Shown: positions 1 to 8,972, counted from the stretch's first letter. The stretch: 41,546 bases of DNA from Gemmatimonadales bacterium (GCA_035576905.1 DATLWA010000034.1:1-41546); one strand, 5' to 3'. Made by a program: numbers and translations. The notes: generated by a model not told the origin, from the sequence alone.

Positions 1-176
1 TCGCGCAGCTCGACTTATTGCAGCAGGTCGTGGGTCGCTTGGGCAAACGGGCGACGCTCCACCTGATCGAGGGCGGCGATCATTCGTTCAAAGTGAAGAA
101 AAGCTCGGGCAAGACCGAGCACGATGTGCTGCAGGAGCTGGCGGGGGCGATGCGAGCCTGGGCGGACGCCCTCTAG
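1..176 (+). CDS. C-terminal fragment of an alpha/beta-hydrolase-fold protein (dienelactone-hydrolase / KANL3-Tex30-like). The 5' end lies outside the window.
   Basis: The frame is open from the window edge (codons phased from nt 3) to TAG at 174-176. The tail reads AQLDLLQQVVGRLGKRATLHLIEGGDHSFKVKKSSGKTEHDVLQELAGAMRAWADAL. The LIEGGDHSF block resembles the catalytic-His strand of this hydrolase family. It is absent from the supplied ORF track because it has no start in the window. Confidence 0.45.
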   Translation, partial: AQLDLLQQVVGRLGKRATLHLIEGGDHSFKVKKSSGKTEHDVLQELAGAMRAWADAL

Positions 177-1123
177 GCGAAGATCTTGTCGCCGTCGAAC
201 CGCCCGTTCTCGATGAAGATCTCGGAGATCGCGCGACCCGCTGAAATGCTGCCCACCATGTAGATGCCGGGCACGTTGGTCTGGCGCGTGTCCGGATCGA
301 GCGTCGCGCGTAACGTTTTCGGGTCGAGCGCGATGCCCATCCCCTTGAACAGATCGAAGTCAGGGTGATAGCCGGTCAGCGCATAGACGCGCTGCGCCGG
401 GATCGCCTCTTCTTTGCGGCCCTGCTTGATCACCACGGCGTCGCCCGTGACGCGTTGGACCTCGGCGCCCAGCCGTGCCGCGATCTCGCCCGCCTTGATG
501 CGGTTCTCGATGTCGGGCCGCACCCAGTACTTGATGCTCCCGGGCAGCTCCTTGCCGCGGTACACCAGCGTGACGCGCGCGCCGGCCCGGAACAACTCCA
601 GCGCCGCTTCGACGGCCGAGTTCCGGCCGCCGATCACCACCACATCGAGGTTGAAGCCGCGGTGCGGCTCGTCGAAGTAATGGCTCACATGCGGCAGGTC
701 TTCGCCCGGCACGCCGAGCAGATTGGGATGGTCGAAGTAGCCCGTGGCGAGCACCAGCCGGCGCGTGGTGACGCGCTCTTCGCCGGTGCGCGTCGCCAGC
801 ACGCATTCGATCGCGCCGTTCTGCCGCTGGGCCGCCGTGAGCCGCACGTAAGGGCGAACGCGCAACGCTTCGTTCCGCGCCACGCCGCGGTAGTATTTGA
901 GCGCTTCTTCGCGCGTCGCCTTCTGGCCCGCGCAGGCGAACGGGTGGCCGCCGATTTCCATCTTCTCAGGCGTCGTGAAGAACGTCATGCCGATGGGGTA
1001 GCGCACGACCGAATTGACCACCGGGCCCGCGTCGATCACCAGCGGGTCCACGCCGTGCCGCTTGGCGGAGACGGCGCAGGCGAGGCCAATCGGCCCCGCG
1101 CCGGCGATGAGTGAGTCTTCCAT
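173..1123 (-). CDS. ypdA: YpdA-family FAD/NAD(P)-dependent disulfide oxidoreductase (putative bacillithiol-disulfide reductase type)
   Basis: 316-aa ORF. It has an N-terminal dinucleotide motif (AGAGPIGLACA), a second Rossmann motif (VVVIGGRNSAVEAALEL) and a C-terminal GIYMVGS block. The VVRYPIGMTFFTTPEKMEIGG block matches my recollection of YpdA-type reductases. Confidence 0.7.
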   Translation of the reverse strand: MEDSLIAGAGPIGLACAVSAKRHGVDPLVIDAGPVVNSVVRYPIGMTFFTTPEKMEIGGHPFACAGQKATREEALKYYRGVARNEALRVRPYVRLTAAQRQNGAIECVLATRTGEERVTTRRLVLATGYFDHPNLLGVPGEDLPHVSHYFDEPHRGFNLDVVVIGGRNSAVEAALELFRAGARVTLVYRGKELPGSIKYWVRPDIENRIKAGEIAARLGAEVQRVTGDAVVIKQGRKEEAIPAQRVYALTGYHPDFDLFKGMGIALDPKTLRATLDPDTRQTNVPGIYMVGSISAGRAISEIFIENGRFDGDKIFA

Positions 1124-1142
1124 GATCGGGAATCCTAATAGA

Positions 1143-1180
1143 CGAAACCCCGCGCCGCCCGGAGGCGACGCGGGGCTTCG
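1143..1180 (-). terminator. GC-rich hairpin between the coiled-coil lipoprotein gene and ypdA (possible intrinsic terminator or attenuator without a clean U-tract)
   Basis: The arms cgaaaccccgcg (1143-1154) and cgcggggcttcg (1169-1180) pair with one mismatch. An inner ccgcc/ggcgg-type stem pairs 1156-1159 with 1164-1167. On the minus strand the hairpin is followed by GTCTATTAGGATT, which is only weakly T-rich. Confidence 0.35.
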
Positions 1181-1199
1181 TGTGGTGCAACTGCGACGC

Positions 1200-2075
1200 T
1201 CAGCCCTCGACGATGATCAGGAACTTGGTGCCCGCCCAGAACCGCCCCGCATCCGCGATGGGGAGCGTCGTGGGCCCGCTGATCGTGCCGTCCTCGGCGG
1301 GCTGCACGCCCAGGGCCGAGAGGTCGTTGCGCGACACGATGCGATAGGTGGCGCCCGGGTCGGTGAGCGGAATGCTCGTCACCTGGCGCTTGTCGATCGC
1401 CGTGAAGTCATGCGGATCGAGGTGGCGCGCCGGCACCAGCGTCTTGCCCGACTTCCACAGGACGAACAGGAAGCGGCTGCCGCCTTCCTCGGAGATGATG
1501 CCCTTCTTGATCAAGTCGTCCTTGGTCCCCACGATGTAATAGACCGTGTTGGTGTAGGTCGTGAGGTTGCCCAGGGTGTCGCGCAGCGCGCCGTTCTCAC
1601 CGCGCAGCGTGTCGACCTGCGCCGCGAGCGACGCGATCTGCACCTTCTGATTGTCCATCATCTGCTGGAAGTTGGTCAGCGTGGACTCGAGCGTCGAGCG
1701 CAGGCTGTCGGAGATGTGGGTCAACCCGCGCACGTGCTCCTCGCTGGTGCGCAGCTTGGCGTCGGTCGCCTGCATCCGCGTGGCGATATAGCGGATCTTG
1801 GCCGCCACCGTGTCGCGCACGGCGTCCGACGGCGACTCCGAGCGCCCGAGCTTCAAGTCTTTCGTCTTGATCTGGACTTTCGACAGGTCGGCGCCGATCT
1901 CGCTCAGAAACCGCGTGTTCTGCGCCATCTCATTCATCAGCTGGTCGCGCTCGGCGGCCGCCGTGGTGAGCGAGTCGATACGAGCCTGCGCTTCGGGCGG
2001 CACGCCCTGGCGGCAGGCCGGGGACGCCGCGAGGATCGCTACCAGCGCGCCCTGAAGCGTTCGCTTGACGAACAT
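1200..2075 (-). CDS. Exported or lipid-anchored coiled-coil protein of unknown function
   Basis: 291-aa ORF. The N-terminal signal reads MFVKRTLQGALVAILAASPAC. A long heptad-like Q/L/T/D-rich region follows (aa ~30-170). The C-terminal globular part starts at YYIVGTKDDLIKKGII. I recognise no characterised family. Confidence 0.6.
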   Translation of the reverse strand: MFVKRTLQGALVAILAASPACRQGVPPEAQARIDSLTTAAAERDQLMNEMAQNTRFLSEIGADLSKVQIKTKDLKLGRSESPSDAVRDTVAAKIRYIATRMQATDAKLRTSEEHVRGLTHISDSLRSTLESTLTNFQQMMDNQKVQIASLAAQVDTLRGENGALRDTLGNLTTYTNTVYYIVGTKDDLIKKGIISEEGGSRFLFVLWKSGKTLVPARHLDPHDFTAIDKRQVTSIPLTDPGATYRIVSRNDLSALGVQPAEDGTISGPTTLPIADAGRFWAGTKFLIIVEG

Positions 2076-2207
2076 GGCAAATTCCTCCCTTGCTGCGTGT
2101 TGCCCGTTGTCGGGTGACTTCCGTCACGTGGCGGCGGGTCGCGTGTCGACCCTCCCCGGCCGCGTGCGGCGAACTTGGTACCCTCGCACTCGAGAAGTGT
2201 TCGCCGA

Positions 2208-3434
2208 ATGAACGAAGCAGTTGCGCCACGGATCCTGCTGGCCGACGCCGACGCGTTCTACGTGTCGGTGGCGCGCCTGGTCGACCCCGCCGGGGCCGGC
2301 CGCGCCGCGCTGCTCATCGTCGGCGGATCGGCCGAGCGCCGCGGCGTGGTCACGTCGGCGTCGTACGAGGCGCGCGCATTCGGCGTTCATTCGGCGATGC
2401 CGATGGCGCGGGCGATCCGCCTCTGTCCCGACGCAACGGTCGTGCCCGTGCCGTGGCAGGCGTGCGTCGAGAAGAGCCGCGACATCAAGCGCGCGCTCGG
2501 CGACTTCACGCCGGCCGTGGAACAGGCGTCGAGCGACGAGTTCTACCTCGACATGTCGGGCACCGAGCGGTTGTACAAAGGCGAGCCGCTTAGGGAAACC
2601 GCCCGTCGCATCCGCGCCACAGTGCAGCAGGCCACGCACCTCACGGTCTCTATCGGCGGTGGGACGTCGAAGGTCGTGGCGAAGCTCGCGGCGGGCGTCG
2701 CCAAGCCGCCGTCCGGAGGAGAAGGCGACGGCGTCTGCGTCGTGGACCCGGGCGGGGAGCTCGAGTTCATGCGCCGCTTTGCGCTCGCGGAGATTCCGTC
2801 GGTCGGCCCGCGCTTTCAGGAACGGCTCGCGAAGTTCGGCCTGCGGCGCGTGGACGACGTGCTGCGCCACGGGCGCCGCACGCTGGAGACGTGGCTGGGC
2901 GAGCGCGAAGGCGCGTGGCTATATGATCGAGTGCGCGGCATCGGCGGCGCCACGGTGGACGCGCGCGGCGAGGCCCAATCGATCAGTCGCGACGACACGT
3001 TCCCGGCCGATGTCTCGGACGACGCCGGGCTCGAGCGCCTGCTGCTCGAGCGGGTGGATACCGCGTCATCCGACCTGCGCGAGTCGGGCTTGCTCACCCG
3101 CACCATCACCGTCAAACTCCGCGACGCGGATTTCACCACGCGCCAGGCGAGCCGTACGCTCTCCGAGGCCGTGTGCAGCACCCGCGCGGTCTTTCAGGTC
3201 GCGCGCGAGCTGCTCGCCAAGCTGCGCAAGGCTCGGCGCGTGCCCGCGCGGCTGATCGGCGTGGCGTTGTCGGGGCTGGTGCGAGTTGATGTCGGCACGC
3301 AGCTGTCGCTGCTCGATGCCGAGCCCGATGGGCTGGAGTCCGAGCGCGACCGGGCCCTGTCGCGGGCGCTCGACGAAGTGCGCGAGAAGTTTGGACGCGA
3401 TAAGCTGGGGTTCGGAACGACTGAAGACTCTTGA
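2208..3434 (+). CDS. dinB: DNA polymerase IV (Y-family translesion polymerase)
   Basis: Catalytic motifs are present: LLADADAFYVSVA (the DxD-FY motif), SSDEFYLDMSG and SIGGGTSKVVAKLA. The track ORF begins at TTG 2175. The in-frame ATG at 2208 (MNEAVAPRILLADAD) gives the usual short N-terminus. Confidence 0.9.
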   Translation: MNEAVAPRILLADADAFYVSVARLVDPAGAGRAALLIVGGSAERRGVVTSASYEARAFGVHSAMPMARAIRLCPDATVVPVPWQACVEKSRDIKRALGDFTPAVEQASSDEFYLDMSGTERLYKGEPLRETARRIRATVQQATHLTVSIGGGTSKVVAKLAAGVAKPPSGGEGDGVCVVDPGGELEFMRRFALAEIPSVGPRFQERLAKFGLRRVDDVLRHGRRTLETWLGEREGAWLYDRVRGIGGATVDARGEAQSISRDDTFPADVSDDAGLERLLLERVDTASSDLRESGLLTRTITVKLRDADFTTRQASRTLSEAVCSTRAVFQVARELLAKLRKARRVPARLIGVALSGLVRVDVGTQLSLLDAEPDGLESERDRALSRALDEVREKFGRDKLGFGTTEDS

Positions 3435-3447
3435 CCTGGAGGCCAAA

Positions 3448-3801
3448 ATGGCCGCAGAGCACGACCGGCAGATCGACTACATCGAATTCGGCGCCACCGA
3501 CATCGACCGCACGAAGAAGTTCTATCAGGCGGCGTTCGGCTGGGAGTTCGAGGATTACGGTCCGGATTACACCAGCTTCAAGGACGGCCGCATCGCGGGT
3601 GGGTTCGAAAAGCGCGGCAAGGTAGCCGCCGGTGGGCCCCTGGTAGTGCTGTACGCCGACCGTCTGGAAGACGTCCTGGCCAAGGTCACCAAGGCCGGCG
3701 GCAAGATCGTCAAACCCACGTTCGATTTCCCGGGCGGCCGCCGCTTTCATTTCGCCGATCCGTCGGGCAACGAACTGGCCGTCTGGTCCGATCACCACTA
3801 G
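3448..3801 (+). CDS. VOC-family (glyoxalase / bleomycin-resistance fold) protein
   Basis: ATG at 3448 is preceded by GGAGG (3438-3442). The 117-aa product reads MAAEHDRQIDYIEFGATDIDRTKKFYQAAFGWEF...RRFHFADPSGNELAVWS, which is a typical single VOC module. The upstream part of track ORF 3286-3801 overlaps the dinB 3' end and is rejected. Confidence 0.75.
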   Translation: MAAEHDRQIDYIEFGATDIDRTKKFYQAAFGWEFEDYGPDYTSFKDGRIAGGFEKRGKVAAGGPLVVLYADRLEDVLAKVTKAGGKIVKPTFDFPGGRRFHFADPSGNELAVWSDHH

Positions 3802-3830
3802 AATCTCCCCGCCCCATACCCAGAGATCGC

Positions 3831-6578
3831 ATGTCCGCTCGTCTGACCATCGCCCTGGCTCTCCTCGCGGCGCCGCTCGCCGCGCAACAGCCCACTGCCA
3901 AGCCAGCCGCGCGGCCGCCGCGCCGCGCCGCGGCACCCGCGGCTGCCCGGCCCGACACCACCAAGCGCGACACCACCACGGTGAAGGACTCGTTGCAGCG
4001 GTTCGTCGAGAGCTTCAATTACCGCAACCTCGGCCCCGCGGCGTACTCCGGCCGCGTCACGGCGATCGCGGTGCCGCCGGGCCAGGGTCCGCGGCCCAAG
4101 ACGATCTACATCGGCGCAGCCGGCGGCGGCATCTGGAAGACCAGCAACGGCGGCATCACCTGGCGCTCGGTGGGCGACGGACTCGGCATGCAGGCGATCG
4201 GCGACGTGGCTGTGGCGCCGAGTGATTCGAATGTCGTGTGGGCGGGCACGGGCGAGCGCAACAGCCTGCGCTCCGAGTGGTGGGGCGACGGCGTCTACAA
4301 GTCCACCAACCGCGGCGGGTCCTTCACCAACATGGGGTTGAAGCAGACCCGCGAGATCGGCCGCATCGCCATCGACCCCAAGAACGCGGACGTCGTCTAC
4401 GTCGCGGCGCTGGGCCACCTTTGGGGCGCCGGGCCCGACCGCGGCATCTACAAGACGACCGACGGCGGTAAGACCTGGGCCAAGGTCCTGTTCGTGAACG
4501 ACACGACCGGCTTCGTCGATCTCAAAATCGACCCCGCCGATCCCAACGTGCTGTACGCCGCCGCGTGGCACCGGCTGCGCTGGGGCGGCAGTCACATGGA
4601 GGGCGTGGGGAAGGGCTCAGGGATCTACAAGAGCGCGGACGCCGGTGCCACCTGGAAGCGTCTCACCGATCCGGCCCTGAAGAACGGTTTGCCCACCGAC
4701 GCGATGGGCCGCATCTCGCTCGCCGTGTCGCCGCAGAACCACAACCTGATCTACGCGATGATCCAGGTGGACAAAGGGGTCACCGAGGCGTCGCAGGGCC
4801 GCTGGGGCGGCGTCTTCCGCTCGACCGACGCCGGCGCTACCTGGACCCAGGTGAACGACCTGCAGGCGGTGCCGCACTACTACTACGACGAAATCATCCT
4901 CGATCCGTCGGACACCAACCACGTCTTCCTCTTGTTCTCGCCCGTGCTCGAGAGCAAGGACGGCGGCAAGACGTTCGCGCCCGACTCGCTGTCGCGCGTA
5001 CACGTGGACAACCACGCGATGTGGATCGATCCGCTGGATCCCGATCACTGGCTGCTCGGCAACGACGGCGGCGTCTATCTCACGCGCGATCGCGGCCGCT
5101 CCTGGGAGCACCAGCAGATTCCCATCGGGCAGTTCTATACGGTGATCGTGGACAGCTCGCACACGCCGTACTTCTTGTGCGGCGGGTTGCAGGACAACGG
5201 CGTGTGGTGCGGGCCCAGCGCCACGCGCGACCGCACCGGCATCACCGACGCCGACTGGTTCCCGGTGAACGGCGGCGACGGCATGTGGGTGCAGATGCCG
5301 CCGCACGATCCCTGGACGGTTTATTCGGGCTGGCAGTTCGGCAATTTCTCGCGCCTCGACCTGCGCACCTGGAAACAGGACCCGATCCAGCCGCAGTCGC
5401 TCGACGCGGGCCACGACTCAGGGTACGAGTACAACTGGGGCTGGACCACGCCGCTGCTCATCTCGCAATTCGATTCGACCACGATCTACGCCGGCGGCAA
5501 CAAGCTGTTCAAGCTCACGCACCGCGGCGACGACTGGCAGGAGCTGGGTCCCGACATGACTCGCGCCAACCGCCAGAACCCGGCGCCCGAGGTCGGCAAC
5601 ACTAGCTACCACGCGATCTTTTCGATTGCCGAGAGCCCGCGGTCGGCGAACATCCTGTGGACCGGCACCGACGACGGCTACGTCTGGGTGACGCAGGACG
5701 GCGGCAAGACGTGGGCGAACGTGACCGCCAACTTCCCGCGCGGCGCGCCGACGCAATGCTGGGTCGGCGCCGTGGTCGCGTCGCGGTTCGCGGACGGCAC
5801 GGCGTACGTCGCCTACGACTGCCACATGCGCGACGACTACCAGCCGCACGTGTGGCGCACGGCGGATTTCGGAAAGACGTGGACGGAAATCGGCCAGGGT
5901 CTCCCCGCCGACGACGGCAGCCTCACGATCTACGAGAGCCCGCGCAACCCCAAAGTCTTGTTCGTGGGCAACGTGGTCGGCGCGTACGTCACGGTGAATG
6001 GCGGCGGGCGCTGGCTGCGGCTGGGCAAGGGCCTGCCCAACGTACCGGTGGAGCAGATCGCGATGTCGTACGCGCAGCGCGACCTGGTGGTGGCGACGCA
6101 CGGGCGCGGCCTGTGGATCCTGCCGGCCGGGCCGCTCGAGGAGCTGAGCGACTCGACGCTGGGCGAGGCGGCGCACCTGTTCGGCGTGGCGCCGGCGTAT
6201 CAATACCGCGAGGCCGACACCTATCCGAGCTTCGGCAGCCGGCCGTTCACGGCGCCCAATCCGCCGCGCGGCGCGGTGATCACTTACACGCTCAAGGACG
6301 TACAGCCTGACGGTGTGAAGTTCGTGATCACGTCCGCGGCGGGCGACACTGTCCGCACGCTCACGGGACCGGGCTATGCCGGCGTGCAGCGGGTGACCTG
6401 GGATCTGAACCGCGACAAGCCCCGCCCGCGTGAGATGGGCGGCCCGACGTCACCGCAGGAGCTGCGGCGCGTGGCCCCGGGCGACTACGTCGTGCACATG
6501 ACGGTGGGCAAGGTCAAAGCCGAGCAGAAATTCACGGTCAGCGACTGGCCGATGGATCCGCAGGGCCGGCTGCGCTGA
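3831..6578 (+). CDS. Secreted BNR/Asp-box repeat protein (sortilin/VPS10-like double beta-propeller, usually annotated as a glycosyl hydrolase-like protein)
   Basis: 915 aa. The signal peptide reads MSARLTIALALLAAPLAA|QQ and is followed by a basic Pro/Ala-rich linker. About ten Asp-box motifs (SxDxGxTW) are present: SNGGITW, TTDGGKTW, SADAGATW, STDAGATW, SKDGGKTF, TRDRGRSW, TQDGGKTW and TADFGKTW. Confidence 0.85.
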   Translation: MSARLTIALALLAAPLAAQQPTAKPAARPPRRAAAPAAARPDTTKRDTTTVKDSLQRFVESFNYRNLGPAAYSGRVTAIAVPPGQGPRPKTIYIGAAGGGIWKTSNGGITWRSVGDGLGMQAIGDVAVAPSDSNVVWAGTGERNSLRSEWWGDGVYKSTNRGGSFTNMGLKQTREIGRIAIDPKNADVVYVAALGHLWGAGPDRGIYKTTDGGKTWAKVLFVNDTTGFVDLKIDPADPNVLYAAAWHRLRWGGSHMEGVGKGSGIYKSADAGATWKRLTDPALKNGLPTDAMGRISLAVSPQNHNLIYAMIQVDKGVTEASQGRWGGVFRSTDAGATWTQVNDLQAVPHYYYDEIILDPSDTNHVFLLFSPVLESKDGGKTFAPDSLSRVHVDNHAMWIDPLDPDHWLLGNDGGVYLTRDRGRSWEHQQIPIGQFYTVIVDSSHTPYFLCGGLQDNGVWCGPSATRDRTGITDADWFPVNGGDGMWVQMPPHDPWTVYSGWQFGNFSRLDLRTWKQDPIQPQSLDAGHDSGYEYNWGWTTPLLISQFDSTTIYAGGNKLFKLTHRGDDWQELGPDMTRANRQNPAPEVGNTSYHAIFSIAESPRSANILWTGTDDGYVWVTQDGGKTWANVTANFPRGAPTQCWVGAVVASRFADGTAYVAYDCHMRDDYQPHVWRTADFGKTWTEIGQGLPADDGSLTIYESPRNPKVLFVGNVVGAYVTVNGGGRWLRLGKGLPNVPVEQIAMSYAQRDLVVATHGRGLWILPAGPLEELSDSTLGEAAHLFGVAPAYQYREADTYPSFGSRPFTAPNPPRGAVITYTLKDVQPDGVKFVITSAAGDTVRTLTGPGYAGVQRVTWDLNRDKPRPREMGGPTSPQELRRVAPGDYVVHMTVGKVKAEQKFTVSDWPMDPQGRLR

Positions 6579-7434
6579 GCGCCTCGAGGCGCGCGGCGCG
6601 GAGCAGGCTCGCCGCCGTATAGAGCACGACGACCACCACGAGCCACAGCACGGCGGTGAGCGGCAGCGATTTCACGATGAAGGCGGCGATCAGCACCGCG
6701 GGGACGCCGCCGATCAAGAGGCCGAGGCACGCGCTCGGAGAGAACGCGCCGCTCTTGATGAACCGCGCGCTCGAGACCGGCATCAGGAACGCGCACGAGC
6801 CCATCATGATCGGGAACGCGGTCACCGCGTTCATGCCGAGCAGCGAGACGAGGATCATGCACGGCGCGTAGAGCCCGATGCCGAGCGTCATCAACGCGCC
6901 GAGCGCGAAGTTGCCGGCGAGGCCGACGACGAGCCACCAGCCGCTCAAGCCGAGGGCCGCGCCGCCCGACGGCGTGAGATGCAGCTGGCGTGATACGAGC
7001 AGCGCCGCGGCGGCGATCAGCGCCCACCCCATGCCGATCCGGACCTTGCGGCGCGACCACCGCGCCACCACGCCCGCGCCGAGCCACGCGCCCGCGATCG
7101 ACGCGGCGATCATCAGCACCAGCGTGCGCGCGTCCACCGGGATCAGCCGCGTGAAGATGAACGCCTCGGCGATCGTCGGGAGCGTATGCCCGACGTTCAA
7201 GGTTCCGGGGATGCGCTCGTCGGGCACGAGCTTCCAGAAACGGAAGATCGACGTCGTGGTGGCGAACGAGCCGATCCCCAGGGTGTCGAAGAAATTCGTC
7301 ACGAACCCGGTCGCGATCTTGGCGCCGCTCACGGGTCCGTCGGGGGGCGCGCGCCGCAGGCCGGCCGTGAACACGACGAGGTAGAAGACGGCGAATACGC
7401 CGAGGGCGACGAGCAATACGGCCTTGGCATCCAT
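6538..7434 (-). CDS. TauE/SafE-family anion (sulfite/organosulfonate) exporter-type permease
   Basis: 298 aa with about 8 predicted TM helices and a two-fold internal architecture. Gly-rich helices (FFDTLGIGSFATTT, LGALMTLGIGLYAP) are typical of TauE/SafE (DUF81). The 3' end overlaps the BNR gene by 41 nt. Confidence 0.7.
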   Translation of the reverse strand: MDAKAVLLVALGVFAVFYLVVFTAGLRRAPPDGPVSGAKIATGFVTNFFDTLGIGSFATTTSIFRFWKLVPDERIPGTLNVGHTLPTIAEAFIFTRLIPVDARTLVLMIAASIAGAWLGAGVVARWSRRKVRIGMGWALIAAAALLVSRQLHLTPSGGAALGLSGWWLVVGLAGNFALGALMTLGIGLYAPCMILVSLLGMNAVTAFPIMMGSCAFLMPVSSARFIKSGAFSPSACLGLLIGGVPAVLIAAFIVKSLPLTAVLWLVVVVVLYTAASLLRAARLEALSAAGPADPSASR

Positions 7435-7470
7435 GGGCGCCTAATCTCGCTTGGGGTTATTCTTTCGGCT

Positions 7471-8292
7471 ATGCCATCCCGTCACTGCATCCTGATCGGC
7501 CTGACGGCTCTCGCCGTGGCCTGCAATCGCCCGCCCGCGGCCCGGCAAACGCCGGACACCGCGCTGCCCGCGGGACCCCTCGCCGACGCCGTGCAGCGCG
7601 GCCGGGCGCTGGTGTTGGCGACACGCGACAGTCTCCCCCGGAACGTCGGCAACAAGCTGCGCTGCGTGAGCTGTCACCTCGACGCGGGTCGTCGGGAGGT
7701 GGGCTCGTGGGTGGGCGTGTACGGCCGCTACCCGGCGTACCGGCCGCGCAGCGCCACCGTCGAAACGATCGAATTCCGGGTGAACGATTGCTTCAAGCGC
7801 TCGATGAACGGCGCGGCGCTGGCGGTGGACGGGCCCGACATGCGCGACATCGTGACGTATCTGTGGTTCGTTTCGCGCGGCGTGCCAGTGCACGAGCCCG
7901 CTGCGGGCCCGCCGCCGGCCAAGCGATTCCTCGCGCTCACCCCGGACACCGCCGCCGGTGCGCGTACGTTCGCCGCGACGTGCGCCAAGTGTCACGCGCC
8001 CGACGGGCAGGGGACGAGTGTCGCGCCGCCCCTGTGGGGGCCCGGCTCGTACAACATCGGTGCGGGGATGTCGCGGCTGTCGGCGGCCGCCAACTTCATC
8101 CGGGCCAACATGCCGTTCGACCAACCGGGGACGCTGAGCGATCAGCAGGCGCTCGACGTCGCGGCGTACGTCAACGCGCACCCGCGCCCCGACTACGCCG
8201 CCAAGCAATTCGACTGGCCGCACGGCGACGCGCCGCCTGATGCCGCCTATCCGACGGCGGCGGCGCGTCGACGCGCGGATACGCGCCCTTAG
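7471..8292 (+). CDS. tsdA: Diheme c-type cytochrome, TsdA-like (thiosulfate dehydrogenase family), probably lipid-anchored
   Basis: ATG at 7471 gives MPSRHCILIGLTALAVAC (lipobox-like). There are two CxxCH motifs (CVSCH, CAKCH). The block IEFRVNDCFKRSMNG between them matches the TsdA region that supplies the Cys axial ligand of heme 1. NFIRANMPF matches the Met-ligand region of heme 2. The upstream 95 codons of track ORF 7186-8292 run antisense through the TauE gene and are rejected. Confidence 0.65.
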   Translation: MPSRHCILIGLTALAVACNRPPAARQTPDTALPAGPLADAVQRGRALVLATRDSLPRNVGNKLRCVSCHLDAGRREVGSWVGVYGRYPAYRPRSATVETIEFRVNDCFKRSMNGAALAVDGPDMRDIVTYLWFVSRGVPVHEPAAGPPPAKRFLALTPDTAAGARTFAATCAKCHAPDGQGTSVAPPLWGPGSYNIGAGMSRLSAAANFIRANMPFDQPGTLSDQQALDVAAYVNAHPRPDYAAKQFDWPHGDAPPDAAYPTAAARRRADTRP

Positions 8293-8972
8293 CCCGCGAA
8301 GCAGTAGGTGCAGCCGTGCTCCTGGGCCCGATTCACGGCCCAGACGCCGGAAGGTACGACCTGCATCCCCGGGATCACGGACGCCAGCCAGTCCTTGCGA
8401 ATGTCCTCGGCGTTGCCGCCGGTGCTCTTGGCCATGGCGCCGCTGTAGAACCGGATCGCCATGTTGCACGCGCCGAAGAGCACCCCGGTCTGCAGCAGGT
8501 CGCCGATGTCCATTCCCGGGAGCGGCAGCTCGCCCGCCGCCGTCCGGTAGAAGATGTTGCGCACCGCGGGCGCGTTCGTCTTCGGGTCGGTGATCTTGAA
8601 GAACTCGCCGAAGTTGTACTTGGCCCAGGCGGCGTCGACCATCGCAAGCGGGATCGCCGCGTGGCGCAGCACCACCATCACCGACATGTCGGCGTCGGAA
8701 ACGCCGGTGTCGTTGTTCGTCATGTAGAAGACCCGCGACCACGCCAGCGCGAATCCGCCGTTCACTTCGGGCGTGTCGTAGATCTGCCGGTGGTGTCCCT
8801 TCAGCTTCCCCAGCCATGCGGTGACGGCGGGATCTTCCTTGGCGGGCACCTGCGCCGGCGCGGCGGCCAGCTCCAGGGGTCGTGCCAGCTGGGTGAGGCC
8901 GAGCGCGGCAGCGCCGCCGGCCACGCGTCCCAGGAAGCCACGGCGGTGAGTCGGGAGCTTCCAGTCGAACAT
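8289..8972 (-). CDS. Tat-exported DsrE/DsrF-like (sulfur-relay fold) protein
   Basis: 227 aa with a twin-arginine signal (THRRGFLGRVAGGAAALGL...AAAPA|Q). The layout HHRQIYD...MSVMVVLRHAAIPL...LLQTGVLFGACNMAI...MQVVPSGVWAVNRAQEHGCTY follows the DsrE-like pattern of strand, conserved Cys-containing helix and C-terminal VPSGV...Q..G. This is assigned from memory of the family, not from a search. Confidence 0.5.
   Translation of the reverse strand: MFDWKLPTHRRGFLGRVAGGAAALGLTQLARPLELAAAPAQVPAKEDPAVTAWLGKLKGHHRQIYDTPEVNGGFALAWSRVFYMTNNDTGVSDADMSVMVVLRHAAIPLAMVDAAWAKYNFGEFFKITDPKTNAPAVRNIFYRTAAGELPLPGMDIGDLLQTGVLFGACNMAIRFYSGAMAKSTGGNAEDIRKDWLASVIPGMQVVPSGVWAVNRAQEHGCTYCFAG

Noticed and set aside
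2076-2207. A possible SOS (LexA) operator upstream of dinB. Candidates are CGAAC...GTTCG separated by 24 nt (2170-2203), GTTC-N7-GAAC overlapping the ATG (2198-2212) and GTGAC-N4-GTCAC (2114-2127).
   Set aside because: None matches a LexA box I can name, such as CGAAC-N4-GTTCG or CTGT-N8-ACAG. The arms are only 4-5 nt and are expected by chance. The LexA motif of this lineage is unknown to me.
6538-8972. Interpreting the sulfur genes as part of a Sox thiosulfate-oxidation system.
   Set aside because: No soxXA, soxYZ, soxB or soxCD-like genes are present in the window. The diheme cytochrome fits TsdA better than SoxA.
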